From positions 140,574-204,573 of the forward strand of contig CACYZF010000002.1 in NCBI GenBank assembly GCA_902778895.1: a stretch of 64,000 nucleotides of DNA. Direction: 5' to 3'. Shown in pieces: positions 38,005-46,433 of this stretch. Made by a program: the position numbers and the translations under genes. The notes beneath the pieces were generated by a model, which was not told the origin of the DNA, ran no database searches, and was given only the letters and a program-made list of their open reading frames with translations. Each line of letters opens with the position of its first letter. The first letter of the stretch is position 1. The stretch is from an uncultured bacterium. Lineage in GTDB: Bacteria > Verrucomicrobiota > Lentisphaeria > Victivallales > UBA1829.

Positions 38005-38033
38005 TTGACGAATCCTTGTTTTTATGCTATATT
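38005..38033 (+). promoter_or_regulatory. candidate promoter TTGACG-N17-TATATT upstream of gatB
   Basis: -35 at 38005-38010 and -10 at 38028-38033, in an AT-rich island. Confidence 0.55.
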
Positions 38034-38134
38034 AGAACGATATGCCTGAAACCGCGGGCCGCCGGACGCTTGAACCGTCTTCGTGCCGGACAGGAGGCCG
38101 CCCGCGCAACCTCATTTTCTCCGGAGAACCCCTC

Positions 38135-39577
38135 ATGACGATGTACGAACCCGTGATCGGAATCGAAGCGCACGTGCAGATCCGCACGAAAAGCAAGATG
38201 TTCTGTTCCTGCCCCAATACCTACGGCGCACCGCCGAACACCGATACCTGCCCGGTCTGCATGGGCATGCCCGGTGTGCTGCCCGTGGTGAACAAAGAGG
38301 CCGTCCGCAAGGCCGTCGTCGCCGGCATGATGTGCGGCTGCGAGATCGCGAAGTTCAGCAAGTTCGACCGCAAGAGCTATTTCTACCCGGACCTCGTGAA
38401 GGACTACCAGATCACGCAGTACGACCTGCCCATCTGCAAAAACGGCCGCATCCACATCTTCGGCACGGGCTTCTCCGGCGAACAGCTGCCCGACAAGTGG
38501 ATCGGCATGACCCGCATGCACCTGGAGGAAGACCCCGGCAAGTCCACGCACTTCTCCAACTGCACCGGCCTCGACTTCAACCGTTCCGGCGTGCCCCTCA
38601 TCGAGATCGTCAGCGAGCCGGACATGCGTTCCGCCGACGAAGCCTACGCCTACCTCTCCTCGCTCAAGGAGATCATGCAGTACGCCGACGTCAGCGACTG
38701 CGACATGGAGAAGGGCCAGATGCGCTTCGACGTGAACATCTCCCTGCGGCCGCGCGGCACCGAAAAATTCGGCACGAAAGTCGAGATCAAGAACCTGAAC
38801 AGCTTCCGCGCCGCCCACCGCGCCATCCTGTACGAAATCAAACGCCAGCTCGTCGAGCTCGAAAACGGACAGGAGATCGAGCAGGACACCCGCGGCTGGA
38901 ACGATGAACTCGGCGAAACCGTGGTCCAGCGCACCAAGGAAAATGCCAACGACTACCGCTATTTCCCCGAACCCGACCTCCTGCCGATCGTGTTCACCGA
39001 CGCCGAACTCGACGCCTTCCGCGCCGCGTTGCCGGAACTCCCCGCCGACAAACGCCAGCGCTACGTGCGCGACTACGGACTGACGCCCTATGACGCCCAG
39101 GTCCTGACCTCGGACCGTTCCTACGCGGAATTCTTCGAAGCGGCGGCGAAAGGATCCTCCGCCTCGAAGATTATTGCGAATCTCTTCACGTCAGAACTTC
39201 TCCGCAAGCTCGGCGAATCCGGCGGTGCGCTCGCCGACTGCAAGGTGAAGCCCGCCGATCTTGCCGCGCTCGCCGACCTCGTGAACGCATCCACGATCAA
39301 CTCCAAGACCGCCAAGAAAGTTTTTGAAGAGATGTTCGAAACGGGCAAGGATCCGGCGTCCATCGTGAAGGAAAAGGGCCTCGTGCAGGTATCCGACGAG
39401 GGCGCCATCCTCGCGCTCGTCGACCAGGTGATCGAGGCGAACCCCGCTCAAGTTCAGCAGTTCAGGGAAGGCAAGACCGCCGTGCTCCAGTATCTGGTCG
39501 GCCAGCTCATGAAGCTCAGCCGGGGCAAAGCCAACCCGAAGCTCGCGATCCAGATGTTCCAGGAAAAGCTCAAGTAA
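38135..39577 (+). CDS. gatB: Asp-tRNA(Asn)/Glu-tRNA(Gln) amidotransferase subunit B
   Basis: YEPVIGIEAHVQ, CPVCMGMPGVLPV and RMHLEEDPGKS motifs. ATG at 38135 chosen. Confidence 0.9.
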   Translation: MTMYEPVIGIEAHVQIRTKSKMFCSCPNTYGAPPNTDTCPVCMGMPGVLPVVNKEAVRKAVVAGMMCGCEIAKFSKFDRKSYFYPDLVKDYQITQYDLPICKNGRIHIFGTGFSGEQLPDKWIGMTRMHLEEDPGKSTHFSNCTGLDFNRSGVPLIEIVSEPDMRSADEAYAYLSSLKEIMQYADVSDCDMEKGQMRFDVNISLRPRGTEKFGTKVEIKNLNSFRAAHRAILYEIKRQLVELENGQEIEQDTRGWNDELGETVVQRTKENANDYRYFPEPDLLPIVFTDAELDAFRAALPELPADKRQRYVRDYGLTPYDAQVLTSDRSYAEFFEAAAKGSSASKIIANLFTSELLRKLGESGGALADCKVKPADLAALADLVNASTINSKTAKKVFEEMFETGKDPASIVKEKGLVQVSDEGAILALVDQVIEANPAQVQQFREGKTAVLQYLVGQLMKLSRGKANPKLAIQMFQEKLK

Positions 39578-39646
39578 TCCGCATTCCCTACATCCTTCAA
39601 ACAAAGAGATTTCTGTTCGTTCCAGTTCATTTATCAAAAACCAATC

Positions 39647-39683
39647 GCACCGGATTCCGCCATGGTTTCCGGTGCGTTTTTTT
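39647..39683 (+). terminator. rho-independent terminator after gatB
   Basis: GCACCGGA...TCCGGTGC hairpin followed by T7. Confidence 0.75.
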
Positions 39684-39848
39684 CTGGGAAAAACCCGAGA
39701 AACAGAAAAGGAATGGGGAAGAATCCCGGAATTTGAGCGTAAAAATGGCGGAGAGAGGGGGATTTTCTGCCAGTTTTTATAAACGTTGAGGCTGGAAATG
39801 GTGTTTTGAGGTTAAAAAACGGGGTGGGGTTTCGTGTGGTGCTTACGC

Positions 39849-40030
39849 TTTCTTGTTCTTTCTTGTTCTTCCTTGTTCCTTTGTCTGTATCAAGATTGTA
39901 TCACGGGGTTTTGAGGTTGAGCGTGGGGAGTTGTTAAGAAAAATTTAACAACTGGCCGTAACTTGCTCGCAACTTGCCCGGATCGGTGTGCAAGTCGGTG
40001 TGCAAGTTCAAAAACAACTTGACGGCAACT
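39849..40030. repeat. dense array of short direct and inverted repeats at the host-prophage junction
   Basis: TTTCTTGTTC-like 10-mer x3 (39849-39880). GTTGTTAA-N7-TTAACAAC palindrome (39930-39952). AACTTGC x2, TCGGTGTGCAAG x2 in tandem (39984-40007) and further AACTT(G/T) copies. Confidence 0.6.
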
Positions 40031-40041
40031 TTCATTTGAGT

Positions 40042-40680
40042 TCATTTCTGCTGCGGCTGGCGCGGGAGTTTGAAATAGATTGCGGAAAGCAGAAAGATGA
40101 TGGCAGAAACGCCAAAATCAATGGATACAACAGGGCTGCAATCCGAGAACAAAACAATGCACTGCCCTATGAGAAATGAAATCGTGGAGAGAACATAAAA
40201 AAAACTCGCTGTTGCGTTGTTGTCTGCCGATTCATACGCGGCCTGCTGTTCCGGTTCCCGCTCTGTTCCGTCTTTCGGCGGGTCTTCCGGTTTCGCCACA
40301 TGCTGTTTCAGCGGAGTCGGAAGCCAGAAGCCACACGCGGGGCATTCGCATCCGCCACAGAACTTTTCGGGATCGTGAGGCGGGATGAAAACGTTTTTGC
40401 ACTTCGGACAGCGAACATGGACGGCATTTTTTTCCGCAGCCGCCTTTTCCATGTCCTCCATGACAGAAGCGGGCAGGCTGACCGTAGGAAACGCATCTTT
40501 CCCCTGCCTTGCATCCCTGTTCATTTTCTGCGGAGACGCGGGCGTTTCCTTCGGCGGCGCGGCAGAGACGGGAATCCTGGCGCCGCATGTCTGGCACGTC
40601 ATATCTTCATAGATCAACGCCGGATTGATGTCTACCTCGTAATGCTGACCGCATTTCGGACAAGAGAGTTTGACGTTCAT
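40042..40680 (-). CDS. double zinc-ribbon protein with C-terminal TM helices, co-transcribed with the repressor
   Basis: CPKCG..Y.V...CQTCG and CPKC...CPAC ribbons, then two hydrophobic helices. Start overlaps the repressor stop (ATGA). Confidence 0.65.
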   Translation of the reverse strand: MNVKLSCPKCGQHYEVDINPALIYEDMTCQTCGARIPVSAAPPKETPASPQKMNRDARQGKDAFPTVSLPASVMEDMEKAAAEKNAVHVRCPKCKNVFIPPHDPEKFCGGCECPACGFWLPTPLKQHVAKPEDPPKDGTEREPEQQAAYESADNNATASFFYVLSTISFLIGQCIVLFSDCSPVVSIDFGVSAIIFLLSAIYFKLPRQPQQK

Positions 40681-41078
40681 TGAGCGAGTTCCTTTATCGT
40701 CTTCAGGACGGCTTGAAGCGCATCCGGGGGAATATCCAGACCGATCAGGGCATCAACGACCTCATGCCGGAACGCTTCAACGGCAGATCGTATTTGAGCC
40801 TCGGAGACGGTGGCATTATTGAGCGAGACGGAGCCGTTTTTTACGTTGACATGGGAGACGGTTTGCGTGATGTTCCCATCTCCGTTCAGATTGAGCGTGG
40901 AGTTCGGGAACATCTTTTCAACGGTCTCAATCTTCATCCCGCGACAATATCCGGGCTGGGAGAGTATTTTTTGAATCCGCCCCTGGTTCACGTTGCATTT
41001 GGCCGCGACTTTTTCCTGTGTCTTGAAGGTGTCGTACAGCCTCTTGATTTCATTGTATATTGTATCAGATAGGTTCAT
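40677..41078 (-). CDS. XRE/CI-like prophage repressor candidate
   Basis: HTH TQEKVAAKCNVNQGRIQKIL near the N-terminus. Divergent from an RHH gene across a promoter/operator region. ATG at 41078 chosen. Confidence 0.55.
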   Translation of the reverse strand: MNLSDTIYNEIKRLYDTFKTQEKVAAKCNVNQGRIQKILSQPGYCRGMKIETVEKMFPNSTLNLNGDGNITQTVSHVNVKNGSVSLNNATVSEAQIRSAVEAFRHEVVDALIGLDIPPDALQAVLKTIKELAQ

Positions 41079-41101
41079 TTTCAGGTTCCTTTTTCCCCTA
41101 T

Positions 41102-41178
41102 AATATAATACGATATAATTTTTTTTCAATTTTTTTTATAAACACCCCTTGAAAAATAATCAGACACGATTATATTAT
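41102..41178. promoter_or_regulatory. divergent back-to-back promoters with shared operator-like repeats (immunity switch)
   Basis: Leftward TTGAAA-N16-TATATT (rc of 41124-41129 and 41102-41107). Rightward TTGAAA (41149-41154)-N16-TATATT (41171-41176). ACGAT(T)ATA(T)T motif at 41110-41119 and 41166-41178. Confidence 0.55.
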
Positions 41179-41216
41179 ACCTTGACGATTAAATCACGCA
41201 AACCAAGCGAGGTGTT

Positions 41217-41402
41217 ATGAAGAAGACCATCATCAAGCCGATTGCCCTGTTTGCCACGCGCGAAGAACTCAAGCAGTTTGAACTTATCAAACGCCACCAC
41301 AACCGCGCGAGCAATGCCGACATGCTGCGCGTCCTCATTAAACAGGAAGCGGAAAAAATTTTAGCCCAAAATAATCATAAGCGATTAACCACGGCAAATT
41401 AA
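41217..41402 (+). CDS. ribbon-helix-helix (Arc/CopG-like) protein, Cro-analog candidate
   Basis: 61 aa. Beta-strand/helix pattern IALFATREELKQFELIKRHH..SNADMLRVLI. First gene of the rightward operon. Confidence 0.55.
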   Translation: MKKTIIKPIALFATREELKQFELIKRHHNRASNADMLRVLIKQEAEKILAQNNHKRLTTAN

Positions 41403-41430
41403 ACCACACCACAACGAAAGGAAGCGAACC

Positions 41431-41643
41431 ATGCCTATCACGAGTTTCCCCGATCTCCCCGAAGAGCGAGACGAACGCGACTACGAGGCCGAAGAGTACG
41501 AAAGCGAAGAAAGACACCGCCGCCGCCGTGAACGCGAACACCTCGCCTGGGCGTCCGCCGGTCCCGGAAGTTTCTGGTACGATTCCGCCGATCCGTACGA
41601 CGAAGACGAAGAAGACGACGACGAAGAAGAGGCCGAGGCATGA
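41431..41643 (+). CDS. highly acidic small protein (70 aa)
   Basis: By my count about 28 of 70 residues are D/E, including the C-terminal DEDEEDDDEEEAEA. Stop overlaps the xis start. Confidence 0.6.
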   Translation: MPITSFPDLPEERDERDYEAEEYESEERHRRRREREHLAWASAGPGSFWYDSADPYDEDEEDDDEEEAEA

Positions 41644-41849
41644 GCGAGAAACTGTATTTGGTCTACACGGAAGTCCGCGCCCTGTACGGAATCGGGCGAA
41701 AGCAGATCAAAAGCCTCATCGAGGCGCGACGGCTTCACCGCGTAAAAGTGGGGAACGCCTGGCGATACCCGCGAACCGACCTTGAAATGATCTTCAACGA
41801 GACGCCGCCGCGCCGTCACGCGAGGCGCACCGCAAGGGCGACCGCGTAA
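41640..41849 (+). CDS. xis: excisionase-family (MerR-like winged HTH) DNA-binding protein
   Basis: LYLVYTEVRALYGIGRKQIKSLIEARRLHRVKVGNAWRYPRTDLE matches the excisionase/AlpA-type HTH pattern. Confidence 0.7.
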   Translation: MSEKLYLVYTEVRALYGIGRKQIKSLIEARRLHRVKVGNAWRYPRTDLEMIFNETPPRRHARRTARATA

Positions 41850-41904
41850 CAGGATTTGAACCGAACCAACGAAACCATACAAACCTACCACCAAGGAGAC
41901 AAAA

Positions 41905-42009
41905 ATGCAAGACACCATCATTGAGGCACTGTTTCTGTCGTTCTTCTTCATCGGCACATTCTTCGCGGTCCTGTTCACCGTGTGGCTGATCGCTATGGAC
42001 TGGAGGTGA
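41905..42009 (+). CDS. 34-aa hydrophobic peptide (below the ORF-track cutoff)
   Basis: AAGGAG RBS. MQDTIIEALFLSFFFIGTFFAVLFTVWLIAMDWR forms a single TM helix and is closely followed by the next gene. Confidence 0.4.
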   Translation: MQDTIIEALFLSFFFIGTFFAVLFTVWLIAMDWR

Positions 42010-42014
42010 CCGCC

Positions 42015-42419
42015 ATGAAATGGATCGAAAACGGCATATCGTTCGAGGGCAGCGTGTCCGAGTTCAAAGAACTCCACGCAGACGGCATCCCCGCGCCCAT
42101 CCGCACCCGCAAGGGGAAGAGCATCACGGTCATCAACACAGACGGCACGGAAACGCAGTTCGACACGCTCAAAGACGCAGCCGCGTACATCACGCAGAAG
42201 ACCGGGCGTTTCGTTTCGTCCTCGCACCTGGGCAGCATGAACGGAAACCGCGTGAGTCTTGCGAGTTTCGCAGCCGGAAAGGAAATCCCCCTGTTCACCG
42301 CTGAAACGCCCGAACTCCCGTGTGTGCAAAGTGAAGATCCCGCCAAAGAACCCGCAGTGATCCCGGAAGTCTACGCAGGATCCCCCGCCGAACCCGCGCC
42401 CGCAAGCGCGAACGAATAA
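42015..42419 (+). CDS. phage hypothetical protein
   Basis: GGAGG RBS before the ATG at 42015. 134 aa; no family recognised. Confidence 0.5.
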   Translation: MKWIENGISFEGSVSEFKELHADGIPAPIRTRKGKSITVINTDGTETQFDTLKDAAAYITQKTGRFVSSSHLGSMNGNRVSLASFAAGKEIPLFTAETPELPCVQSEDPAKEPAVIPEVYAGSPAEPAPASANE

Positions 42420-42445
42420 CCACCACAACACCGGAGAGAAAGCAA

Positions 42446-43639
42446 ATGGAAGAGAACACCAACACATCAGCGGAAATCGTCAACGCGACGGTCGAAGAAA
42501 GCGCATTGGCGAAACTCGAACGCGCGAGCATCGACATGCAAATCGCAACCGCGCACCAGTATCCGCGAAGCATCACCAAGTTCAAGGAAAACAGCCTCGC
42601 GCTTGTCACCCTTGACGAAGAAACCGCCGCAAGCTGTCTGTACCGCCGTCCGGTCGGCAAAGACAGACAGGGGCGGGAAACCTACGCCGAGGGCATGAGC
42701 ATCCGCATGGCCGAGATCGTCGCGGCGACATACGGAAATCTCCGCGTCGGAACGCGCCTGATCGAAAGCACCCCGCGCTACGTGGTCGTTCAGGGCGTCG
42801 CGCATGACCTCGAATCGAATTTCCTTTCCACGGCAGAGGACAAAGAGCCGACTATCGACAAATGGGGCAAGCCGTATTCCGAAAGAATGCGCGTCGTGAC
42901 CGAAAAGGCGGCGGCGGCGAAAGCCAGACGCGATGCCATTTTTGCGGTCGTTCCCCGCGCTGCCGTCAAGTTCCTCGAAGTCGCCGCGAAGAATCTGCTT
43001 TTCGGCAATGCGTCCTCGATTTCCAAATGGAGAACCCGGATCGCCGAATGGGTGAAAACTCTCGGCATTGACACCGCCCGCGTCTGGAAAGCGCTCGAAG
43101 TGGACGGGCCTGACGATCTGAAGCAGAGCGAGATCGAAATGCTGATCGGCATCAAGACGGCACTGCAAAACGGCGACACCTCGCTGGATGACGCTTTCCC
43201 GATCCTCGACAATGACGAAGAGGGCAGCCGATACAAAGCCCCGAAGAAACTCAACGCGAAGCCCGCAGAGAAGCCGGAAACCACCGCATCCGAACCGGAA
43301 TCCGCGAAGCCGGAAACCCTGGCGGAAAACGCGCCGGAAGAAGCCAAGGCGAGCGAACCGGCCGAAGCCCCAGCCCCCGCGCCCGCCGAAGCGAAAGACC
43401 AAGCGAAAGAGGCGAAAGCCCCGGCGGCAGTCATCAGCGAGAAACAGGCAAACCGCCTTTTCGCAATCGCCAACAAGAACAGCCTCACGAAAGACGAGAT
43501 CGGATTTTTGATCTTCGACGTCGGCGGCGTGAACCACGCGAACGAGATTCCGAAAGACCGCTATGAAGACGTGATCGCCGCAATCCAGGCAGCAAAGCAC
43601 GGCAGCGTTCTTCCGCCGGAAGAAGGGGATTTGATCTGA
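42446..43639 (+). CDS. RecT/Redbeta-like single-strand annealing protein candidate
   Basis: Core ends in EKAAAAKARRDAIFAVVP, resembling the RecT KKTAIRRL..YLP block. Followed by a PD-(D/E)XK exonuclease gene. A/E/K/P-rich linker and C-terminal domain. Confidence 0.5.
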   Translation: MEENTNTSAEIVNATVEESALAKLERASIDMQIATAHQYPRSITKFKENSLALVTLDEETAASCLYRRPVGKDRQGRETYAEGMSIRMAEIVAATYGNLRVGTRLIESTPRYVVVQGVAHDLESNFLSTAEDKEPTIDKWGKPYSERMRVVTEKAAAAKARRDAIFAVVPRAAVKFLEVAAKNLLFGNASSISKWRTRIAEWVKTLGIDTARVWKALEVDGPDDLKQSEIEMLIGIKTALQNGDTSLDDAFPILDNDEEGSRYKAPKKLNAKPAEKPETTASEPESAKPETLAENAPEEAKASEPAEAPAPAPAEAKDQAKEAKAPAAVISEKQANRLFAIANKNSLTKDEIGFLIFDVGGVNHANEIPKDRYEDVIAAIQAAKHGSVLPPEEGDLI

Positions 43640-43640
43640 C

Positions 43641-44255
43641 ATGGCCGCCGAACTCCAATTCAACGAGCGAATCCACAGGTACACGCTCAACGGAAAGATC
43701 ATTCCTTCCGTGACGCAAATCATAACGAGCGTGGGCTTGTATGAATACGATTACGTATCGTCGGAGACGCTCGCAATCGCGGCGGAACGCGGGCGGTTCG
43801 TCCACACGATGATCGAATGGCACGAACAGGGCGAATTGGATGAAAGCACAATCGATCCCGAACTCCGGGGCTACTACGATGCCTACCTTGACATGAAAGC
43901 CGCGGGCGCGATCCCGGCGAAAGCCGATCTGATCGAGGCAAGAGTGTACTCCGAAAAGTACCAGTACGCCGGGACGCTCGACATGGAATTTCTGAAAGAG
44001 CGGTGGATTCACGACCACAAGACCGGGGAAGAAAGCCCGGTCCACGGCCTGCAACTGTCCGGCTACTGGCTCGCGAAGCACCCGGATTTCCGCGACAAGC
44101 CGGAACACCTGACATGCGGGTACTACCGGAAGGACGGCACCTGGAATCTCGTCGAATACCCCTACGAACCGTTCGCGTGGCTCGCCATCGTGGGCGATTT
44201 CCAATGGCGTCTGAAAAACAACCTGATAAAAGCGCGCTGGTTACAAAGCGCATAA
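43641..44255 (+). CDS. PD-(D/E)XK exonuclease (RecB/Cas4-like fold)
   Basis: GR.VH...E, then GTLDM...WIHDHKTG (D...D-x-K motif). Typical partner of phage SSAPs. Confidence 0.7.
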   Translation: MAAELQFNERIHRYTLNGKIIPSVTQIITSVGLYEYDYVSSETLAIAAERGRFVHTMIEWHEQGELDESTIDPELRGYYDAYLDMKAAGAIPAKADLIEARVYSEKYQYAGTLDMEFLKERWIHDHKTGEESPVHGLQLSGYWLAKHPDFRDKPEHLTCGYYRKDGTWNLVEYPYEPFAWLAIVGDFQWRLKNNLIKARWLQSA

Positions 44256-44302
44256 ACAACAAAACGCCCGTGGCAGCGGGCAGAAAGAATTGAGGTCAAA
44301 CA

Positions 44303-44950
44303 ATGACACCCGAAACCGAAAACACCGCAATGGTGGAAAACCAGGCGCAACTCCGCGCCGAAGTCCAGAACGTATGCGCGGCGGAAATCCTCGTCGTGGA
44401 TCAGGACACCTACGTTCAGGCGAACGACCTGATCGCCAAGTTGCAGACGGTCCGCAAGGAAGTCGTCGCGCGTTTCGCCGATCCGAAGAAGAAAGCGGCA
44501 GAAGCCCACAAGGCAATCTGCGCGCTGGAAAAGGAGTTCCTCACCCCTGTTGACAACCGGATTTCCGCGTTGAAAGCCTCGACTACGAACTGGTTCGCTG
44601 CTGAACAGGAACGAATCCGCGCCGAACAGGAACGGAAACGCCGCGAGGCGGAAGAGGCGGCGAAACTGGCAGCCGAGGCGGAAGAAGCTGGCGAAACGGA
44701 AATGGCGCAGGAAGCGGTGATCGAAGCGACAATGGCCCAGGCAAGCGTTACCGTGATGCCGAAGGTCAAGGGGACGACCATGCGCGAAGTGTTCTACGGC
44801 GTGATCGTTGACATCAACGCCCTGCCGCGCGAGTACATGAAGCCGGACCAGGCTTTGATCGACAAGATGCTCGATTCCACGAAGGGGCAGATTCCGATCC
44901 CCGGCGTCCGCACGATGAAGAAATATATCAATTCCACCCGCGCGAAATAA
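44303..44950 (+). CDS. phage coiled-coil protein (Gp157/Gam-like position)
   Basis: 215 aa with a long N-terminal coiled coil (…KKKAAEAHKAICALEKEFL…) and E/A/R-rich centre. Sits in the recombination module. Family assignment uncertain. Confidence 0.5.
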   Translation: MTPETENTAMVENQAQLRAEVQNVCAAEILVVDQDTYVQANDLIAKLQTVRKEVVARFADPKKKAAEAHKAICALEKEFLTPVDNRISALKASTTNWFAAEQERIRAEQERKRREAEEAAKLAAEAEEAGETEMAQEAVIEATMAQASVTVMPKVKGTTMREVFYGVIVDINALPREYMKPDQALIDKMLDSTKGQIPIPGVRTMKKYINSTRAK

Positions 44951-44983
44951 TCGCGCGAACAACAAAGACAGGAGACAAACGAC

Positions 44984-45775
44984 ATGCCGAACAGAGTATT
45001 ACGTCCGTGGCTTGACAGCGAGGCAATGAACAGCCTTTCGGAAAGTGCGGAAGTTTTTTACGTTCGGCTTATCATGGCCGCAGATGACTACGGTTGCTAT
45101 CATGGCTCGCCACAACTGCTTAAATCTTACTTGTACCCCTTGAAAGACAAGCGTGTCGCCGACATATCCCGTCTGATCGCCGAGTGCGTGAAGGCCGGAG
45201 TGCTCGCCGAATACGAGGTTTCCGGAAAGCGGTATTTGAAGATTATCAAATTCCGGCAGTTCGTGAGACAGAAAGGCAAACGCAAGTTTCCGCTTCCGCC
45301 GCCCGAAATCCTTGCCCTTGACGATGAAGATGCAACGCCGCCACGCCGCGCTTGCAGCGCAGATGCAATGCAAGCGCAGTGCAACGGAACAGCAGACGAA
45401 TTGAAAACGGATCGCAAGCGAAACGCAGATGCAGCGCAGACGCAAAGCACATGCGTCCCGAATACGGAGACGATATGCGATATTCGGGAAGAAAGAACAA
45501 GCAAGAAAGAAAGTCGCTTCGCTCCCCCCTCCATAGAGGAAGTACGGCAATACTGTCTCGAACGGAAGAACGGGATTGATGCAAACGCATTCGTTTCGTA
45601 CTACGAAAGCAAGGGGTGGATGATCGGGAAGAACCGCATGAAAGACTGGAAAGCGGCAGTCAGGACATGGGAAAGCCGCCGGAAAGAGGAAACGCGGCAG
45701 AACACCGTGCATCCGAGTTTCGACTATGCACCGGATGAAAGCGGAACGGATGAAAACAAGTGGGGTTTCCAGTAA
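44984..45775 (+). CDS. phage replisome organizer / replication initiation protein
   Basis: N-terminal FYVRLIMAADDYGCYHGSPQLLKS block and C-terminal PPSIEEVRQYC...ANAFVSYYESKGWMIG..R.KDWKAAVRTW block, both common in phage replication proteins. Confidence 0.6.
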   Translation: MPNRVLRPWLDSEAMNSLSESAEVFYVRLIMAADDYGCYHGSPQLLKSYLYPLKDKRVADISRLIAECVKAGVLAEYEVSGKRYLKIIKFRQFVRQKGKRKFPLPPPEILALDDEDATPPRRACSADAMQAQCNGTADELKTDRKRNADAAQTQSTCVPNTETICDIREERTSKKESRFAPPSIEEVRQYCLERKNGIDANAFVSYYESKGWMIGKNRMKDWKAAVRTWESRRKEETRQNTVHPSFDYAPDESGTDENKWGFQ

Positions 45776-46410
45776 TGAAAAGCCTGATTGATTGCATCCC
45801 TACGCTTGACCGCCTGAAACTGCGTGGAAAAAAGTCCAGCATGGTAAAGGCGACCGACCAAAGCCTTGCAAAAATGGCGGAACGCCTTGCGGAAGCCGGG
45901 TATTCGACCGAGAATCCCAAAGTGTACGCCGTCATTCAGCGGTACGGCGCGTTGCTCCTTGACGGAACAGCGGAAAAAGGGCTGTTCCTTAAAGGAGAAT
46001 GCGGAATCGGCAAAACATACGGCTGCGAGGTGCTGGCGTATCTGTTCGACATACCAGTGTTCACGCCGGAAGACTTTGCCGCCGACTTCAAGGAATGCGA
46101 CGGCAATTTGCACGATCTTGAAAAACAGGTCATCACCGGCGGAGACTTTTTCGAGCGTCCGCACAACATTATGATCGACGAGATCGGAAGCAAAGACACC
46201 GTAAAATGCTTCGGCGAGGCAGAAAACATCATGGAAACAGTTCTTGACATACGCTACCGTGCGTTTCTGCGGTACGGCGTGTTGACGGTCGTTACCACGA
46301 ACCTGACCGACCGCGAAATCCTCGAACGGTACGGGCGGCGCATCGAGGACAGGCTACAGGAAATGTTTTACATCTGCCGCGTAACCGGGAAAAGCCTACG
46401 CACCCAATAA
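45775..46410 (+). CDS. DnaC/IstB-like AAA+ helicase loader
   Basis: Walker A GECGIGKTYG, Walker B IMIDEIG, then TTNL...RIEDRL. TAATG overlap with the upstream gene. Confidence 0.75.
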   Translation: MKSLIDCIPTLDRLKLRGKKSSMVKATDQSLAKMAERLAEAGYSTENPKVYAVIQRYGALLLDGTAEKGLFLKGECGIGKTYGCEVLAYLFDIPVFTPEDFAADFKECDGNLHDLEKQVITGGDFFERPHNIMIDEIGSKDTVKCFGEAENIMETVLDIRYRAFLRYGVLTVVTTNLTDREILERYGRRIEDRLQEMFYICRVTGKSLRTQ

Positions 46411-46433
46411 ACACAAAATTGAGGTCAAAACCA

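Noticed and set aside
39690-40041. tRNA or tmRNA gene as the prophage integration target
   Set aside because: I found no cloverleaf-compatible segment (acceptor/T-arm GTTCxAxTC-type motif) on either strand. The region looks like protein-binding repeats instead.
41481-43723. Long minus-strand ORFs inside the prophage (41481-42467 and 42467-43723)
   Set aside because: They are antisense to a continuous set of coupled + strand genes with RBSs, and their translations are Arg/Gly/Phe-rich with no motifs.
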